42,706 nucleotides of DNA from Caldilineales bacterium (lineage in GTDB: Bacteria; Chloroflexota; Anaerolineae; Caldilineales; Caldilineaceae), in the NCBI GenBank assembly GCA_038247295.1, contig JBBRVA010000001.1:1-42706 (forward strand), given 5' to 3'. Below the pieces are notes generated by a model. It was not told the origin of the DNA, did no database searches, and was given only the letters and a program-made list of their open reading frames with translations. A program made the position numbers and the translations under genes. Shown piece by piece: positions 27,008-35,908 of the stretch. The first letter of the stretch is position 1. Each line of letters starts with the position of its first letter.

Positions 27008-27538
27008 ATGCGAGCTAAGCCCTCACAGTTGCCCTTTTTGCGTCGTTCTTTATTTATCACTTTGTTTGCCGCCCTGGTGGCGCTGGCCGGCATCAGCCTG
27101 ATCAGTCCCCAAGTAAACGCCGGTGACACTATCCCTGGGGGCACAGTGCCACCTGGAACACTACCTCCGCCTGGTCCGTCAGGTCAGGGCCAGGTTAATG
27201 TGATTCATCTGGCGCCCTTTGACCCCGTCATTGCCAATACGGCGGTGGATATCTGCACCGAAGCCGGCACCCCGGTTACGGGCGCCACCAACTTGCATTA
27301 TTTGGAACAGAGCGGTTACCTGCTTTTACCCCAAGGGAATTATGATTGGAAAGTCATGACCCCTGGTTGCAGTTCTCTTATTGTGAATCTAGAGCCTTTT
27401 ACACTCTTCGATCAAGCAGTTTTGAGCGTGCTGATTATCGGCGACGGCGTTAACCAGCCGTTTGATTCGGTCCTCATAGTCCAGGATAGGGGTATTTCGC
27501 TCAAAAAGTATTTCCCTCTCATTTTTAATCAGCCTTAA
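27008..27538 (+). CDS. Secreted DUF4397-like protein
   Basis: ATG at 27008 has a GGAGAGGA Shine-Dalgarno. Signal peptide LFITLFAALVALAGISLISPQVNAG. VNVIHLAPFDP...VDIC pattern resembles DUF4397. The track extension back to 26834 is rejected. Confidence 0.7.
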   Translation: MRAKPSQLPFLRRSLFITLFAALVALAGISLISPQVNAGDTIPGGTVPPGTLPPPGPSGQGQVNVIHLAPFDPVIANTAVDICTEAGTPVTGATNLHYLEQSGYLLLPQGNYDWKVMTPGCSSLIVNLEPFTLFDQAVLSVLIIGDGVNQPFDSVLIVQDRGISLKKYFPLIFNQP

Positions 27539-27556
27539 AGGAATGTGGGCAACAGA

Positions 27557-27596
27557 AAACGGGATACAGATTTCTACTGTATCCCGTTTCTTTTCC
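27557..27596. terminator. Bidirectional rho-independent terminator between convergent genes
   Basis: Stem AAACGGGATACAG (27557-27569) with CTGTATCCCGTTT (27577-27589). Followed by CTTTTCC on the plus strand and UUUUCUGUU on the minus strand. Confidence 0.85.
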
Positions 27597-27626
27597 CGTA
27601 TTCTCTTTTGCCCAGCCTTCGAGAAT

Positions 27627-27893
27627 TTAGCCGCCGCTCAGCGCAGGAATAAAATGTACTTCACTGGGCTCTGTCAGGCGATGGCGCAAGCCACGATGGC
27701 TTACTTCACCATTTACGGCAACGGCAATGTTGGGTCGCAGCTTGCCATCTTCCGACAAACGCGTCTCAAAGCCAGGATAGCGCGCTTCCAATTGGGTAAC
27801 CACCGCACCAACCGTATCCCCTTCTACCTGCACTATCTCGACCCCACCGGTTAAGTCGCGGTGAAGCGCCGGGATCCAAACTTCGTGCTGCAT
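27627..27893 (-). CDS. MoaD/ThiS-family ubiquitin-like sulfur-carrier protein
   Basis: 88 aa ending in ...FIPALSGG-stop (C-terminal Gly-Gly). An AAGGAGA Shine-Dalgarno lies upstream. Confidence 0.8.
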   Translation of the reverse strand: MQHEVWIPALHRDLTGGVEIVQVEGDTVGAVVTQLEARYPGFETRLSEDGKLRPNIAVAVNGEVSHRGLRHRLTEPSEVHFIPALSGG

Positions 27894-27932
27894 GGGCTAC
27901 ATTTCTCCTTGTCAGACAATAGCTGAACCAAC

Positions 27933-27966
27933 CGTCGTCGTTCGCCTATCGTCGTTCGTCGTTACG
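27933..27966. repeat. Heptad array, class B (CGTCGTT type) abutting the coxS-like stop codon
   Basis: TCGTTCG CCTATCG TCGTTCG TCGTTAC. The 26 nt at 27938-27963 match 34259-34284 at 24 of 26 positions by eye. Confidence 0.8.
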
Positions 27967-28450
27967 CCACACTCTGCATTTCAGGGCGATCGGCTGCATC
28001 TAACACGGCGCGAATGATCTTGTCGTAGCCTGTACAGCGACACAAATTACCTGCCAACCAGAGCCGTACCTCTTGCTCGGTGGGATCGGGGTTTTTGTCG
28101 AGCAGCGCCTTGGCCGAGACCAAAAAGCCGGGCGTGCAGATCCCGCACTGTAAGGCGGCATGCTCGAGGAATTTCTGCTGCAATGGATGCAGTTTTTCTG
28201 GGCCGGCCAATCCTTCGACGGTTGTCACCGTGGCGCCGTTCGCTTCCACGGCTAGTACCAAGCAGGAATTGACCAACACGCCATTCAAGATTACATTACA
28301 GGCGCCGCAGTTGCCATTGTTGCAACCTTCCTTGACGCCAGTGATCAACAATTCTTCGCGTAACACTTCGAGCAAGCTCTGGCGTGGTTCGCACAGAAAC
28401 TGCAAGTTTTGGTTATTGATTTTAGCCTCTACAACCACTTTTTTTGACAT
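27962..28450 (-). CDS. [2Fe-2S]-binding small subunit of a xanthine-dehydrogenase/CO-dehydrogenase-family enzyme (CoxS-like)
   Basis: GCNNGNCGACNV and CGICTPGF...CRCTGY cluster motifs. Confidence 0.9.
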   Translation of the reverse strand: MSKKVVVEAKINNQNLQFLCEPRQSLLEVLREELLITGVKEGCNNGNCGACNVILNGVLVNSCLVLAVEANGATVTTVEGLAGPEKLHPLQQKFLEHAALQCGICTPGFLVSAKALLDKNPDPTEQEVRLWLAGNLCRCTGYDKIIRAVLDAADRPEMQSVA

Positions 28451-28476
28451 TGGACAGTCTCCGTTCTGGTTTGTTG

Positions 28477-28575
28477 GTAAGAGGGTAAATAGTAATTAGT
28501 AAATAGTAAGTGGTAAGCGTTCATTGACGCTCCTAACCAATGACTATTTACTAATGACTATTTACCAATGACCAA
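28477..28575. repeat. Heptad-periodic hairpin, class A
   Basis: GTAAATA GTAATTA GTAAATA GTAAGTG GTAAGCG, loop, then TGACTAT TTACTAA TGACTAT TTACCAA TGACCAA. Phase is kept through the loop. Lies between the coxM-like stop and the coxS-like start. Confidence 0.85.
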
Positions 28576-28599
28576 TCTTTTTATATTTCCAATCGCCAT

Positions 28600-29475
28600 T
28601 TAACTAGCGCGCGCACGCTCGATGGCTTTTTCCAGCGTGCGGCGGGTGATAACACCCACCATGTGTTTACGATATTCCGCCGTGCCGCGCATATCGCTGA
28701 TCGGTGTGGCCGCCGCCTGAGCAATTTGGGCGGCTTGGGCGATCGACTCGGCATTGACGAGTTGACCGACTAGGGCATCGCCGGCAGCTGGCACAAAGAG
28801 TGGCTTAGGCGCTACAGCCCCCAAGGCAATACGGGCGGAGACGAAACGGCTGCGGCTCTCGTCTAGCTGAACCGATGCGCCGACACCCACCACGGCAATG
28901 TCCATTTCGTTGCGGGGAATGAAGCGTAGGTAGGCGGCGCCAAACCCAGGCTGCGGTGCAGGAATGTGCAGCGCAACCAAAAACTCGCCGGGCTGCAATA
29001 CGGTGCGCCCGGGCGCAATACAGAACTCTTCTACCGGCACTTCGCGCCGGCCACTGGGGCCTGCAATCTGGCAGATGGCATGGTGCGCGATCAACGACGG
29101 AATCGAGTCTGCTGCAGGTGAGGCATTGCAGAGGTTGCCGCCCATGCTGGCGCGTCCCTGAATCTGCACACCACCAATCAGACCGGCGGAATCGATTAAG
29201 CTGGGGTAGGCCGCCACAATGGCCTTATCATCATACATACGGTGGCAGGGAACTGCTGCCCCCAAGGTCAGGCCGCTTTGGGGGTTGTAGGACAGCTCGG
29301 TGGTTTCGGGAATGCGCTTAACATCGATAACCAGTTCCGCCTTGCGCCTTCCTTCGCGCAGCGCTACCAGCAGATCGGTGCCGCCACACATGACGCGCGC
29401 CTGATCGCCTTTTTCTTTCAGCAGCGCTACGACCTCATCAACAGTGGTCGCGGATGCAAAATCAAATGCTTGCAA
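28600..29475 (-). CDS. FAD-binding medium subunit of a xanthine-dehydrogenase/CO-dehydrogenase-family enzyme (CoxM-like)
   Basis: MQAFDFASATTVDEVVALL, MCGGTDLLV and GGNLCNASPAADS motifs. C-terminal CO-dehydrogenase flavoprotein domain with GTAEYRKHM. Confidence 0.85.
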   Translation of the reverse strand: MQAFDFASATTVDEVVALLKEKGDQARVMCGGTDLLVALREGRRKAELVIDVKRIPETTELSYNPQSGLTLGAAVPCHRMYDDKAIVAAYPSLIDSAGLIGGVQIQGRASMGGNLCNASPAADSIPSLIAHHAICQIAGPSGRREVPVEEFCIAPGRTVLQPGEFLVALHIPAPQPGFGAAYLRFIPRNEMDIAVVGVGASVQLDESRSRFVSARIALGAVAPKPLFVPAAGDALVGQLVNAESIAQAAQIAQAAATPISDMRGTAEYRKHMVGVITRRTLEKAIERARAS

Positions 29476-29590
29476 TGGAATGCCTCCTTTAGGCTAACGG
29501 GTGAATAGTAGGATGCGCTTTTGCTCTATACAAGTGTACAGCAAAAGCAGGGTCTACGTCAAAGCACTTTCATGCAGATGGGCAATACGG

Positions 29591-29626
29591 GTAGATGACG
29601 AACGACAAACGATGAATGACGATTTC
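29591..29626. repeat. Heptad array, class B in the opposite orientation (AACGACG type)
   Basis: GTAGATG ACGAACG ACAAACG ATGAATG ACGATTT. The reverse complement is related to the 27938-27963 motif. Confidence 0.7.
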
Positions 29627-29672
29627 TAACCACCAGCATCTAGCAGAGGCTCACTCAGGTTCAAAATTGGCT

Positions 29673-29701
29673 TTGACGCAGTGCGCCATGTATGTTATGA
29701 T
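29673..29701 (+). promoter_or_regulatory. Near-consensus sigma-70 promoter for the phaR-like/patatin operon
   Basis: TTGACG (29673-29678), a 17-nt spacer, then TATGAT (29696-29701). Confidence 0.5.
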
Positions 29702-29710
29702 TGTACCAGA

Positions 29711-29751
29711 GTAGACGATGGACGACAACTGGACGATAACTCATTGTCTAC
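29711..29751. repeat. Class B-like heptad hairpin in the 5' leader
   Basis: GTAGACG ATGGACG ACAACTG GACGATA ACTCATT GTCTAC. Terminal 10-nt arms GTAGACGATG and CATTGTCTAC pair with one mismatch. Confidence 0.7.
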
Positions 29752-29781
29752 CAGCTTGCTTCCCGAAGAAAGTTAACCACC

Positions 29782-30327
29782 ATGCCAGTGATCAAACGCT
29801 ACCCCAATCGTAAATTATACGACACAGAGGCCAAAAGCTACATTACGTTAGAGCAGATCACCGAATTAATCAAACAGGGCGTCGATGTGCACGTGATCGA
29901 TCACGAAAGCGGCGAAGACCTGACCAGCCTGACCCTGACCCAGATTATTTTGGAACAAGAGAAAAAGCGGGCGGGCTTTTTGCCGCGCAATGTGCTCACC
30001 AACCTGATCCGCAGCGGGGGTAACACGCTCGAAGGGATGCTGCAAAGCCTGGGCAGCGGGTTAAGTCTGCGCGCTAGCGGCCAGGAATTGGAAGCGCAAT
30101 TGGAGAAATTGATCGATCAAGGCAAGCTTTCGCTAGAACAGGTGCAAGAATTGCTCGATGTCGACGCCCGTGTAAGCGATATGCTCCACCGTTTGAATGT
30201 GCCAACGCATGGCGATATCGAGCAGTTACATACGCAACTTGCCGCATTAAATGAAAAACTAGCCACCCTAATTGCCGTGCAGACCCATTCATCGGTTAGT
30301 AACGAAACAGATAGGGCGCAATCGTGA
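29782..30327 (+). CDS. PHA-accumulation-regulator N-domain (PhaR-like) protein with a phasin-like coiled-coil tail
   Basis: [31 protein letters not shown] is the PHB_acc_N DNA-binding signature. The C-terminal half is coiled coil ([22 protein letters not shown]). Confidence 0.75.
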   Translation: MPVIKRYPNRKLYDTEAKSYITLEQITELIKQGVDVHVIDHESGEDLTSLTLTQIILEQEKKRAGFLPRNVLTNLIRSGGNTLEGMLQSLGSGLSLRASGQELEAQLEKLIDQGKLSLEQVQELLDVDARVSDMLHRLNVPTHGDIEQLHTQLAALNEKLATLIAVQTHSSVSNETDRAQS

Positions 30328-31556
30328 CAAAACGCAACAAAACAGCGCTCGTATTAGCCAGTGGCGGGCTGACTGGGGCAGTTTATGAAGTGGGTGCGCT
30401 GCGCGCCATCAATGCAATGTTGGTCGGCCATACGGTCAATGATTTCGATATTTACGTGGGCACGAGCGCCGGCGCGTTGATCAATGCATTTGTCGCCAGC
30501 GGCTTTACGCCCGATGCCATTATGCAGGTGCTCGACAACCGCCATCCCGAATTGCGTAGCTTTGGTGTCGGCGATCTCTTTCGGCTGAACCGTGGGGAGA
30601 TGGCTCGGCGCCTAACCCGGTTACCGCGTGCCTTGTGGTCGATTGGGCGAGGAACGCTCCGTGCGGGCCGGGAGTTAGCGCTCTCGGATCTGCTCTGGGA
30701 ATTGGCGCAAATTTTGCCCGGTGGCTTTTATGATGGCGCCGCTATCGAGGCGTACGTGCGCACTATCCTGACTACGGCCGGTTGTTCTAACCGGTTTGAC
30801 GCACTGACTAAAGAACTCTATGTTGTAGCGACCGAATTAGATGCTGGCGCACGCGCCGTCTTCAGTCGCGCCAGCCAAGAACAAGAAACGGTGCCGATCA
30901 GCCTGGCTGTCGCCGCTAGCAGTGCGGTGCCGGTGCTCTACCAGCCTGTACAAATCTACGACCGTGATTATATCGATGGGGGGCTACACGGGGCCGCAAG
31001 CCTGGACCTGGCCATCGAAGCGGGTGCCAAACTGATTGTCTGCATCAACCCCATGATGCCGCTGGATGCCACCCAACATTATGCGGCTCAGCACTACATC
31101 CGCAAACGTGGTTTTCAGGCCATCATCAACCAATCTGTGCGCACCTTGCTCTATTCCAATGTGCGCTATCATGTCAAAAGCTTGCGCTTGAAATATCCCG
31201 ATGTAGACATTATCTTGATTCAGCCTCAGCCAGACGACTACGTTATGTTTGCCTATAACCCCATGCACTACCACCAGCGGCTGACGGTAGCGGAACATGG
31301 TTATCGCAGTGTTACCGAAGGGTTACAGGCGAATCTTACCTATTTTCAGTCGATACTTCAGCGGCATGGTATTTCACTGCGTATTGATGGGGCAACTAGG
31401 TGGTTAAAACGTGGAACGAATCCGCCGGCCACAAGTCAATTGATCTGGCCCGGCCTGGTAACGCCGCAGCCGGCGCGCAAACAATTGTGCGCCGAGTTGG
31501 ATGCCGGCCTGGATCAGTTGTCGGCGCTCGTCATGTGCGAGAACCCCAAACTATAA
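30324..31556 (+). CDS. Patatin-like phospholipase
   Basis: [17 protein letters not shown] (oxyanion GGxxG), GTSAG (GxSxG nucleophile) and YIDGG (catalytic Asp). GTG start overlaps the upstream stop (GTGA). Confidence 0.85.
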   Translation: MTKRNKTALVLASGGLTGAVYEVGALRAINAMLVGHTVNDFDIYVGTSAGALINAFVASGFTPDAIMQVLDNRHPELRSFGVGDLFRLNRGEMARRLTRLPRALWSIGRGTLRAGRELALSDLLWELAQILPGGFYDGAAIEAYVRTILTTAGCSNRFDALTKELYVVATELDAGARAVFSRASQEQETVPISLAVAASSAVPVLYQPVQIYDRDYIDGGLHGAASLDLAIEAGAKLIVCINPMMPLDATQHYAAQHYIRKRGFQAIINQSVRTLLYSNVRYHVKSLRLKYPDVDIILIQPQPDDYVMFAYNPMHYHQRLTVAEHGYRSVTEGLQANLTYFQSILQRHGISLRIDGATRWLKRGTNPPATSQLIWPGLVTPQPARKQLCAELDAGLDQLSALVMCENPKL

Positions 31557-31752
31557 AGGCCAAAATTTATGTCACCTTTTAACTAGCAGACTGATCGTTT
31601 AGATTTTTATTTTTGTACACGGATTTCACAGATGAACACGGATAAAAACTGAAAAACCGCGTGCAAAATAAACTGGTCAGTCTATTCGTTGCTTGTATTT
31701 ATTACGTTTTATCCAGCATTATCTTTTACCCCAAGTATCTCCCTACCCGCGT

Positions 31753-32958
31753 ATGAGAATTGAAAACCGCACAATCCGTATTGTTATCCGTGCTGCGCTG
31801 GCGCTAGTGCTACTTTCACTGCTTGCCTTGTTGCTGATCTATCTGCTCGAACCAGAGTGGTCGCCTTTTCTGGAAGAAGAAGAGGATGTTGAGGAGACCT
31901 TGATCCCGGGTGAGGAGGGCTTTGTCCATCATCAGCGCTCTGCCTATTTGACGCATCTTGCCATGGACGACATTGGCGTTGCCCCTTTGCCGGCTCCTTA
32001 TTCACTCGGTTGGCGCACGGGGATCGGCATCCCAGATCTGGATCCGATGTGGTTTAAATGGCCAGCCCCCCGCCCTGGTTGGTATTTAAACTGGTCGACC
32101 AATCGGGTCGAACAACGGCGCTTTTTTGGGCTTTGGCGTACGGTGCACATGGCACTGCCCGACGAAGACTTGGGGATGGAGTTTGTGCCGATGGTGCGCA
32201 TTCGCCGAAATCGCCTATTGCCGCGTGCCACTGATCTGCGACGAATGGCGGCGCAAAACCCGGGCCGCACCTGGTTAATTGGCAATGAACCAGATGTGCG
32301 CTGGCAAGACAATGTGCGGCCAGAGCGCTATGCGGAGCTCTATTACGATGCGTACACTGCGATCAAAAGGGGCGACCCTACGGCGCAAGTTGCGATTGGC
32401 GGCCTCAGCCAGATAACACCCTTGCGCCTCGTCTATTTGGATCGCGTCTGGGCGGCCTATCAAGCCGAATATGGCGAACCCATGCCGGTGGATGTGTGGA
32501 ACATGCATGCCTTTGTGCTGCGCGAGGAGCGCGGCAACTGGGGCGTAGGCATGCCGCCTGGTTTCACGACCGAACAACTAGGCATGCTCTGGGATATTGA
32601 TGATCATGCTGATCTGCGCCTGGTAGAAGAGCAAATTCGCCGTTTGCGCCAGTGGATGGCGGAACACGATCAGCAGGCAAAGCCACTTTGGATTACCGAA
32701 TATGGCATCCTGATGCCGGAGAGTTACGGTTTTCCACCAGCCGTGGTGCAAGATTTCATGCTGGGCAGCTTCGAGCTTTTCGATAGCTTGCGCGATCCAC
32801 AACTGGGTTATGCCGCCGATGAGAACCGGCTTGTCCAGCGTTGGGTCTGGTTTAGCACGCTCTATAACCCTTACCCGGCCGGCAATCTTTTTAATATTAG
32901 TGGCCGGCCTAAAGTGTTGATGCGGGCGTGGAGCGAGTATTTGGCGGAGCGGGAGTAG
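31753..32958 (+). CDS. Membrane-anchored clan GH-A-like glycoside hydrolase
   Basis: ATG at 31753 (MRIENRTIRIV...) followed by a TM segment. WLIGNEPDV (acid/base NEP) and LWITEYG (nucleophile Glu) motifs. The specific GH family is not determinable here. Confidence 0.65.
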   Translation: MRIENRTIRIVIRAALALVLLSLLALLLIYLLEPEWSPFLEEEEDVEETLIPGEEGFVHHQRSAYLTHLAMDDIGVAPLPAPYSLGWRTGIGIPDLDPMWFKWPAPRPGWYLNWSTNRVEQRRFFGLWRTVHMALPDEDLGMEFVPMVRIRRNRLLPRATDLRRMAAQNPGRTWLIGNEPDVRWQDNVRPERYAELYYDAYTAIKRGDPTAQVAIGGLSQITPLRLVYLDRVWAAYQAEYGEPMPVDVWNMHAFVLREERGNWGVGMPPGFTTEQLGMLWDIDDHADLRLVEEQIRRLRQWMAEHDQQAKPLWITEYGILMPESYGFPPAVVQDFMLGSFELFDSLRDPQLGYAADENRLVQRWVWFSTLYNPYPAGNLFNISGRPKVLMRAWSEYLAERE

Positions 32959-32964
32959 AAAGGC

Positions 32965-33036
32965 GTAAGTGGTAAGTGGTAAATTAGTAATTGGTCGCAC
33001 CAGCTGCTACTTACCACTTACTAATTTACTACTTAC
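32965..33036. repeat. Heptad-periodic hairpin, class A, between convergent genes
   Basis: GTAAGTG GTAAGTG GTAAATT AGTAATT, loop, then CTACTTA CCACTTA CTAATTT ACTACTT AC. Lies 7 nt after the plus-strand stop and 5 nt before the minus-strand stop. Confidence 0.85.
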
Positions 33037-33041
33037 TGTTT

Positions 33042-34208
33042 TCACTCCCCCACTTGCCGCTTATCTTTCAACAAAAAACTGGCAATCGATTCGACAATGT
33101 CAAAGGTTGCCTGGGCGCGTCCTAGTTGGCGGGCATTTTGGGCGAAGCGCTGCATCGTGGCCTGCTCTGGTCCAAACCAGCGGCGCACCAGACGGGCAAT
33201 TTCTACCGGGTCTTCGCAGTGGACACCGACCTGGTTCTGGACAACATAGGGCACATTGCCTTCTTCCTGTCCAGGGATAAAGCTGCTGAGGATAATCGGC
33301 AGGCCGCAGATCAGTGCTTCGGCAATCGTGCCGGGGCCGGCCTTGGTGACGATGCAATCCGTGGCCGTCATCCACTCGGGCATGTTATCGACAAAACCAT
33401 GCACTTGCATGGGTACAGGCCAGTGTTGTGCGTTGAGTTTTTCCACCAGTTTGCGGTTGCGCCCACAGATGACGACTAATTGGCCGATGGCTTTGCCCTT
33501 TTCACGTAGCCGCACGGCCAATTGCGCGGCGATATCGGCCACGCGCCCAAAGCCTTCCCCACCGCCCACTAATAGCACGGCCGGCAGATCGGCATGCATG
33601 CCCAGCGCTTGGCGCAGCACCGGTTTGGGGTGGGCGGGCAAGGCAAAGGCGGGCCGCACTGGTAGCCCAAATTGGTGAAGTTGCGCCGGCTGAAGCCCAG
33701 CCTGCAAGGCGCGTTGATATGCTTCATCACTGGCGACATAACAGGCATCGACGCGCGGGTGAAACCAGAGCGGATGCGTGGATGCCAGATCGGTGACGAC
33801 GGTAACAAAGGGAACCCGCCGGCGTAGCCGCGTGAGTGGGCGCAGGGTGATTTCGTGGACCAGTGGGTGAACGGAAATAATCAAGTCTGGCGAAAAGCGC
33901 TTGAGCATCTTGTAGACCGATTTAGCCGTCAGACGCGGGATGATCTCGCCCAGAAATTGGAGCAGACCTGGATTGTCGCCCGTTTCCCACAAGAGTTTCC
34001 AAAGCCAGGTGGCATCGTTGACGAGGAATGAGTAGCTCTTGGGCAATTCGCTCAACGGCCGGGGCAAGTGATCGATCAACAGATCGACAATGTCGACCTG
34101 AAATTGATCGCCATACTGCTGGATAAACCCGGCCTTTAACGCTTCGGCGCTGGCGCGATGACCACCGCCAGTATTACTCATTAAGATTAGAATTTTTTTG
34201 GGTTGCAT
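33042..34208 (-). CDS. GT28 glycosyltransferase, MGDG-synthase / diacylglycerol glycosyltransferase-like
   Basis: KILILMSNTGGGHRASAEAL is the MGDG_synth N-domain signature. The C-terminal half is GT-B (KAGPGTIAEAL...PGQEEGN). Confidence 0.8.
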   Translation of the reverse strand: MQPKKILILMSNTGGGHRASAEALKAGFIQQYGDQFQVDIVDLLIDHLPRPLSELPKSYSFLVNDATWLWKLLWETGDNPGLLQFLGEIIPRLTAKSVYKMLKRFSPDLIISVHPLVHEITLRPLTRLRRRVPFVTVVTDLASTHPLWFHPRVDACYVASDEAYQRALQAGLQPAQLHQFGLPVRPAFALPAHPKPVLRQALGMHADLPAVLLVGGGEGFGRVADIAAQLAVRLREKGKAIGQLVVICGRNRKLVEKLNAQHWPVPMQVHGFVDNMPEWMTATDCIVTKAGPGTIAEALICGLPIILSSFIPGQEEGNVPYVVQNQVGVHCEDPVEIARLVRRWFGPEQATMQRFAQNARQLGRAQATFDIVESIASFLLKDKRQVGE

Positions 34209-34218
34209 AGGGGTGGTT

Positions 34219-34288
34219 GGTAGACGGTAGGCGGTAGTCAGTAAACGGTAAGCAGTGATCGTTCGTCTATCGTCGTTAGTCGTTGTTC
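34219..34288. repeat. Ten strictly phased heptads (composite class A-like plus class B)
   Basis: GGTAGAC GGTAGGC GGTAGTC AGTAAAC GGTAAGC AGTGATC GTTCGTC TATCGTC GTTAGTC GTTGTTC. Position 3 is T and position 7 is C in all ten units. Confidence 0.9.
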
Positions 34289-35810
34289 AATATGCGCCTC
34301 GTCCCCGTAACACAGCGGGGATGGAGCGCAGAAGAATGCCAAAATCTAAGGCCAGGCTCCAATTTTCTATGTAGTAAATATCTAACAGCACCATTTCGTC
34401 GAAGGTCAACTCGCTGCGTCCACTCACCTGCCACAGGCCAGTCATACCCGGGCTGGCTGAGAGCCGTTTCTTGTGCCATTCATGGTAGTGTGCCACCTCT
34501 TGCGGCAGGTTTGGACGTGGGCCGATCAAGCTCATTTCACCGAGGAAGACGTTGTACAACTGCGGTAATTCATCCAGGCTGTAGCGGCGCAAAATACGGC
34601 CTACTCTTGTCTGGCGTGGGTCATCACGCACCTTAAAAAGTGGCCCGCTAGCCTGGTTGAGATCGGCTACCGTGTGCAGTAGCTCATGCGCCCCCTGCAC
34701 CATCGAGCGAAATTTGTGACACTGAAACAGCTTACCATTGCGGCCAACGCGAGTTTGTGAGTAGAAGAGTGGCCCCGGCGAATCTAACCGAATCGCCAAC
34801 GCAATCAGCGCCACAAGCGGTAACGCCAACAAGCTAAAGCAGACCGTCAGTATCAGATCCGATATACGCTTGAGAATCAAATTCCAACCTTGGATTGAAA
34901 CCTCGCGCGTGCTGATCAGCGGAATGCCATTTAATTCCTCTACGGCAAGCTGGTTTTTCGTCAACTGGAAGAAATCTGGCACGACTTGGGCGCGCACGCT
35001 AAACTGTTCGCAAGTGCGCAGCAAACGTTGAATGGTGCGATGGCTTTGCCAGGGCAGACAGACAATCACGCGGTCGACGCTGCCCTTCTCCAAAATCTGC
35101 GCTACATTTCCGATCGAACCGAGCGCTTTGAAGCGCCCAATATCGTTGTTGCCCTTGTTTGGGTCGTCATCAATAAATCCGACCAATTGGTAGCCTAGAT
35201 CGGGCCGCGCTGCCACTGTGCGCATCACCATACGGCCAACATCACCGGCCCCCACCAGCAAGACGCGCACGACGCCAATGCCGTAATGGCGTAAGTGCTC
35301 GCGCCCCAATGTAATGATAAAGCGGCTGATGCCCAGCAAAATGGTCACCAAAATGGCTGTATACAGAAAAATCAGGCGGCTATAGAGCAATTGACTAAAT
35401 ATCAGGTTGAAGGCGATCAAGACGACCACACTCGCTGTTGCTGCCGTGCCAATCAAATAGACTTCTTCCACCAGGTTGCGACCGTAACGGTAGGGGTAAA
35501 CACCAGAGAAACGCAGCGAGAAGAGGCTGACAATGACCAGAACCAGGGCGAATGGCGCATAAGCCCACAAACTCAACTGGAAGGCTGGGTCGACACTGCG
35601 AAACCATTGCAGTTGATAACGCAAATAGTAAGCGCCCAGAAACCCGATGAGAATGAGCACACCATCCGTCAACACCAGTAAATATTTCCACGCATCCGGG
35701 GGCACGCGACGCGCAAGCTTGGCCAAGCGACTATCTTGGTGTGGATTTGCGCCCGCCGTCCGTGCCGCTATCGCGGCGTGGGCAAGGTTGATCTGATCAG
35801 CTGTTGACAT
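34287..35810 (-). CDS. Polyprenyl-phosphate hexose-1-phosphate transferase (bacterial sugar transferase, WcaJ/EpsL-like)
   Basis: N-terminal TM helices and a central Rossmann-like segment (LLVGAGDVG). C-terminal KRISDLILT...LDSPGPLFYSQTRVG...KFRSM...DELPQLYNVFLGEMSLIGPRP. Confidence 0.9.
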   Translation of the reverse strand: MSTADQINLAHAAIAARTAGANPHQDSRLAKLARRVPPDAWKYLLVLTDGVLILIGFLGAYYLRYQLQWFRSVDPAFQLSLWAYAPFALVLVIVSLFSLRFSGVYPYRYGRNLVEEVYLIGTAATASVVVLIAFNLIFSQLLYSRLIFLYTAILVTILLGISRFIITLGREHLRHYGIGVVRVLLVGAGDVGRMVMRTVAARPDLGYQLVGFIDDDPNKGNNDIGRFKALGSIGNVAQILEKGSVDRVIVCLPWQSHRTIQRLLRTCEQFSVRAQVVPDFFQLTKNQLAVEELNGIPLISTREVSIQGWNLILKRISDLILTVCFSLLALPLVALIALAIRLDSPGPLFYSQTRVGRNGKLFQCHKFRSMVQGAHELLHTVADLNQASGPLFKVRDDPRQTRVGRILRRYSLDELPQLYNVFLGEMSLIGPRPNLPQEVAHYHEWHKKRLSASPGMTGLWQVSGRSELTFDEMVLLDIYYIENWSLALDFGILLRSIPAVLRGRGAY

Positions 35811-35908
35811 AGATTAACAACCTTTTGTAGACAATGTATTGCACATCACCTTAGTTTACCACAACAACCTTAAATTGAATACAATATAATTTTCCAAGTT
35901 TGGGTTTT

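Noticed and set aside
31584-31690. Imperfect inverted repeat (CAGACTGATCGTTT with AAACTGGTCAGTCT) enclosing duplicated ACACGGAT motifs after the patatin gene
   Set aside because: Only about 11 of 14 positions pair and there are no flanking duplications. This is too weak to call as an element or terminator without comparative data.
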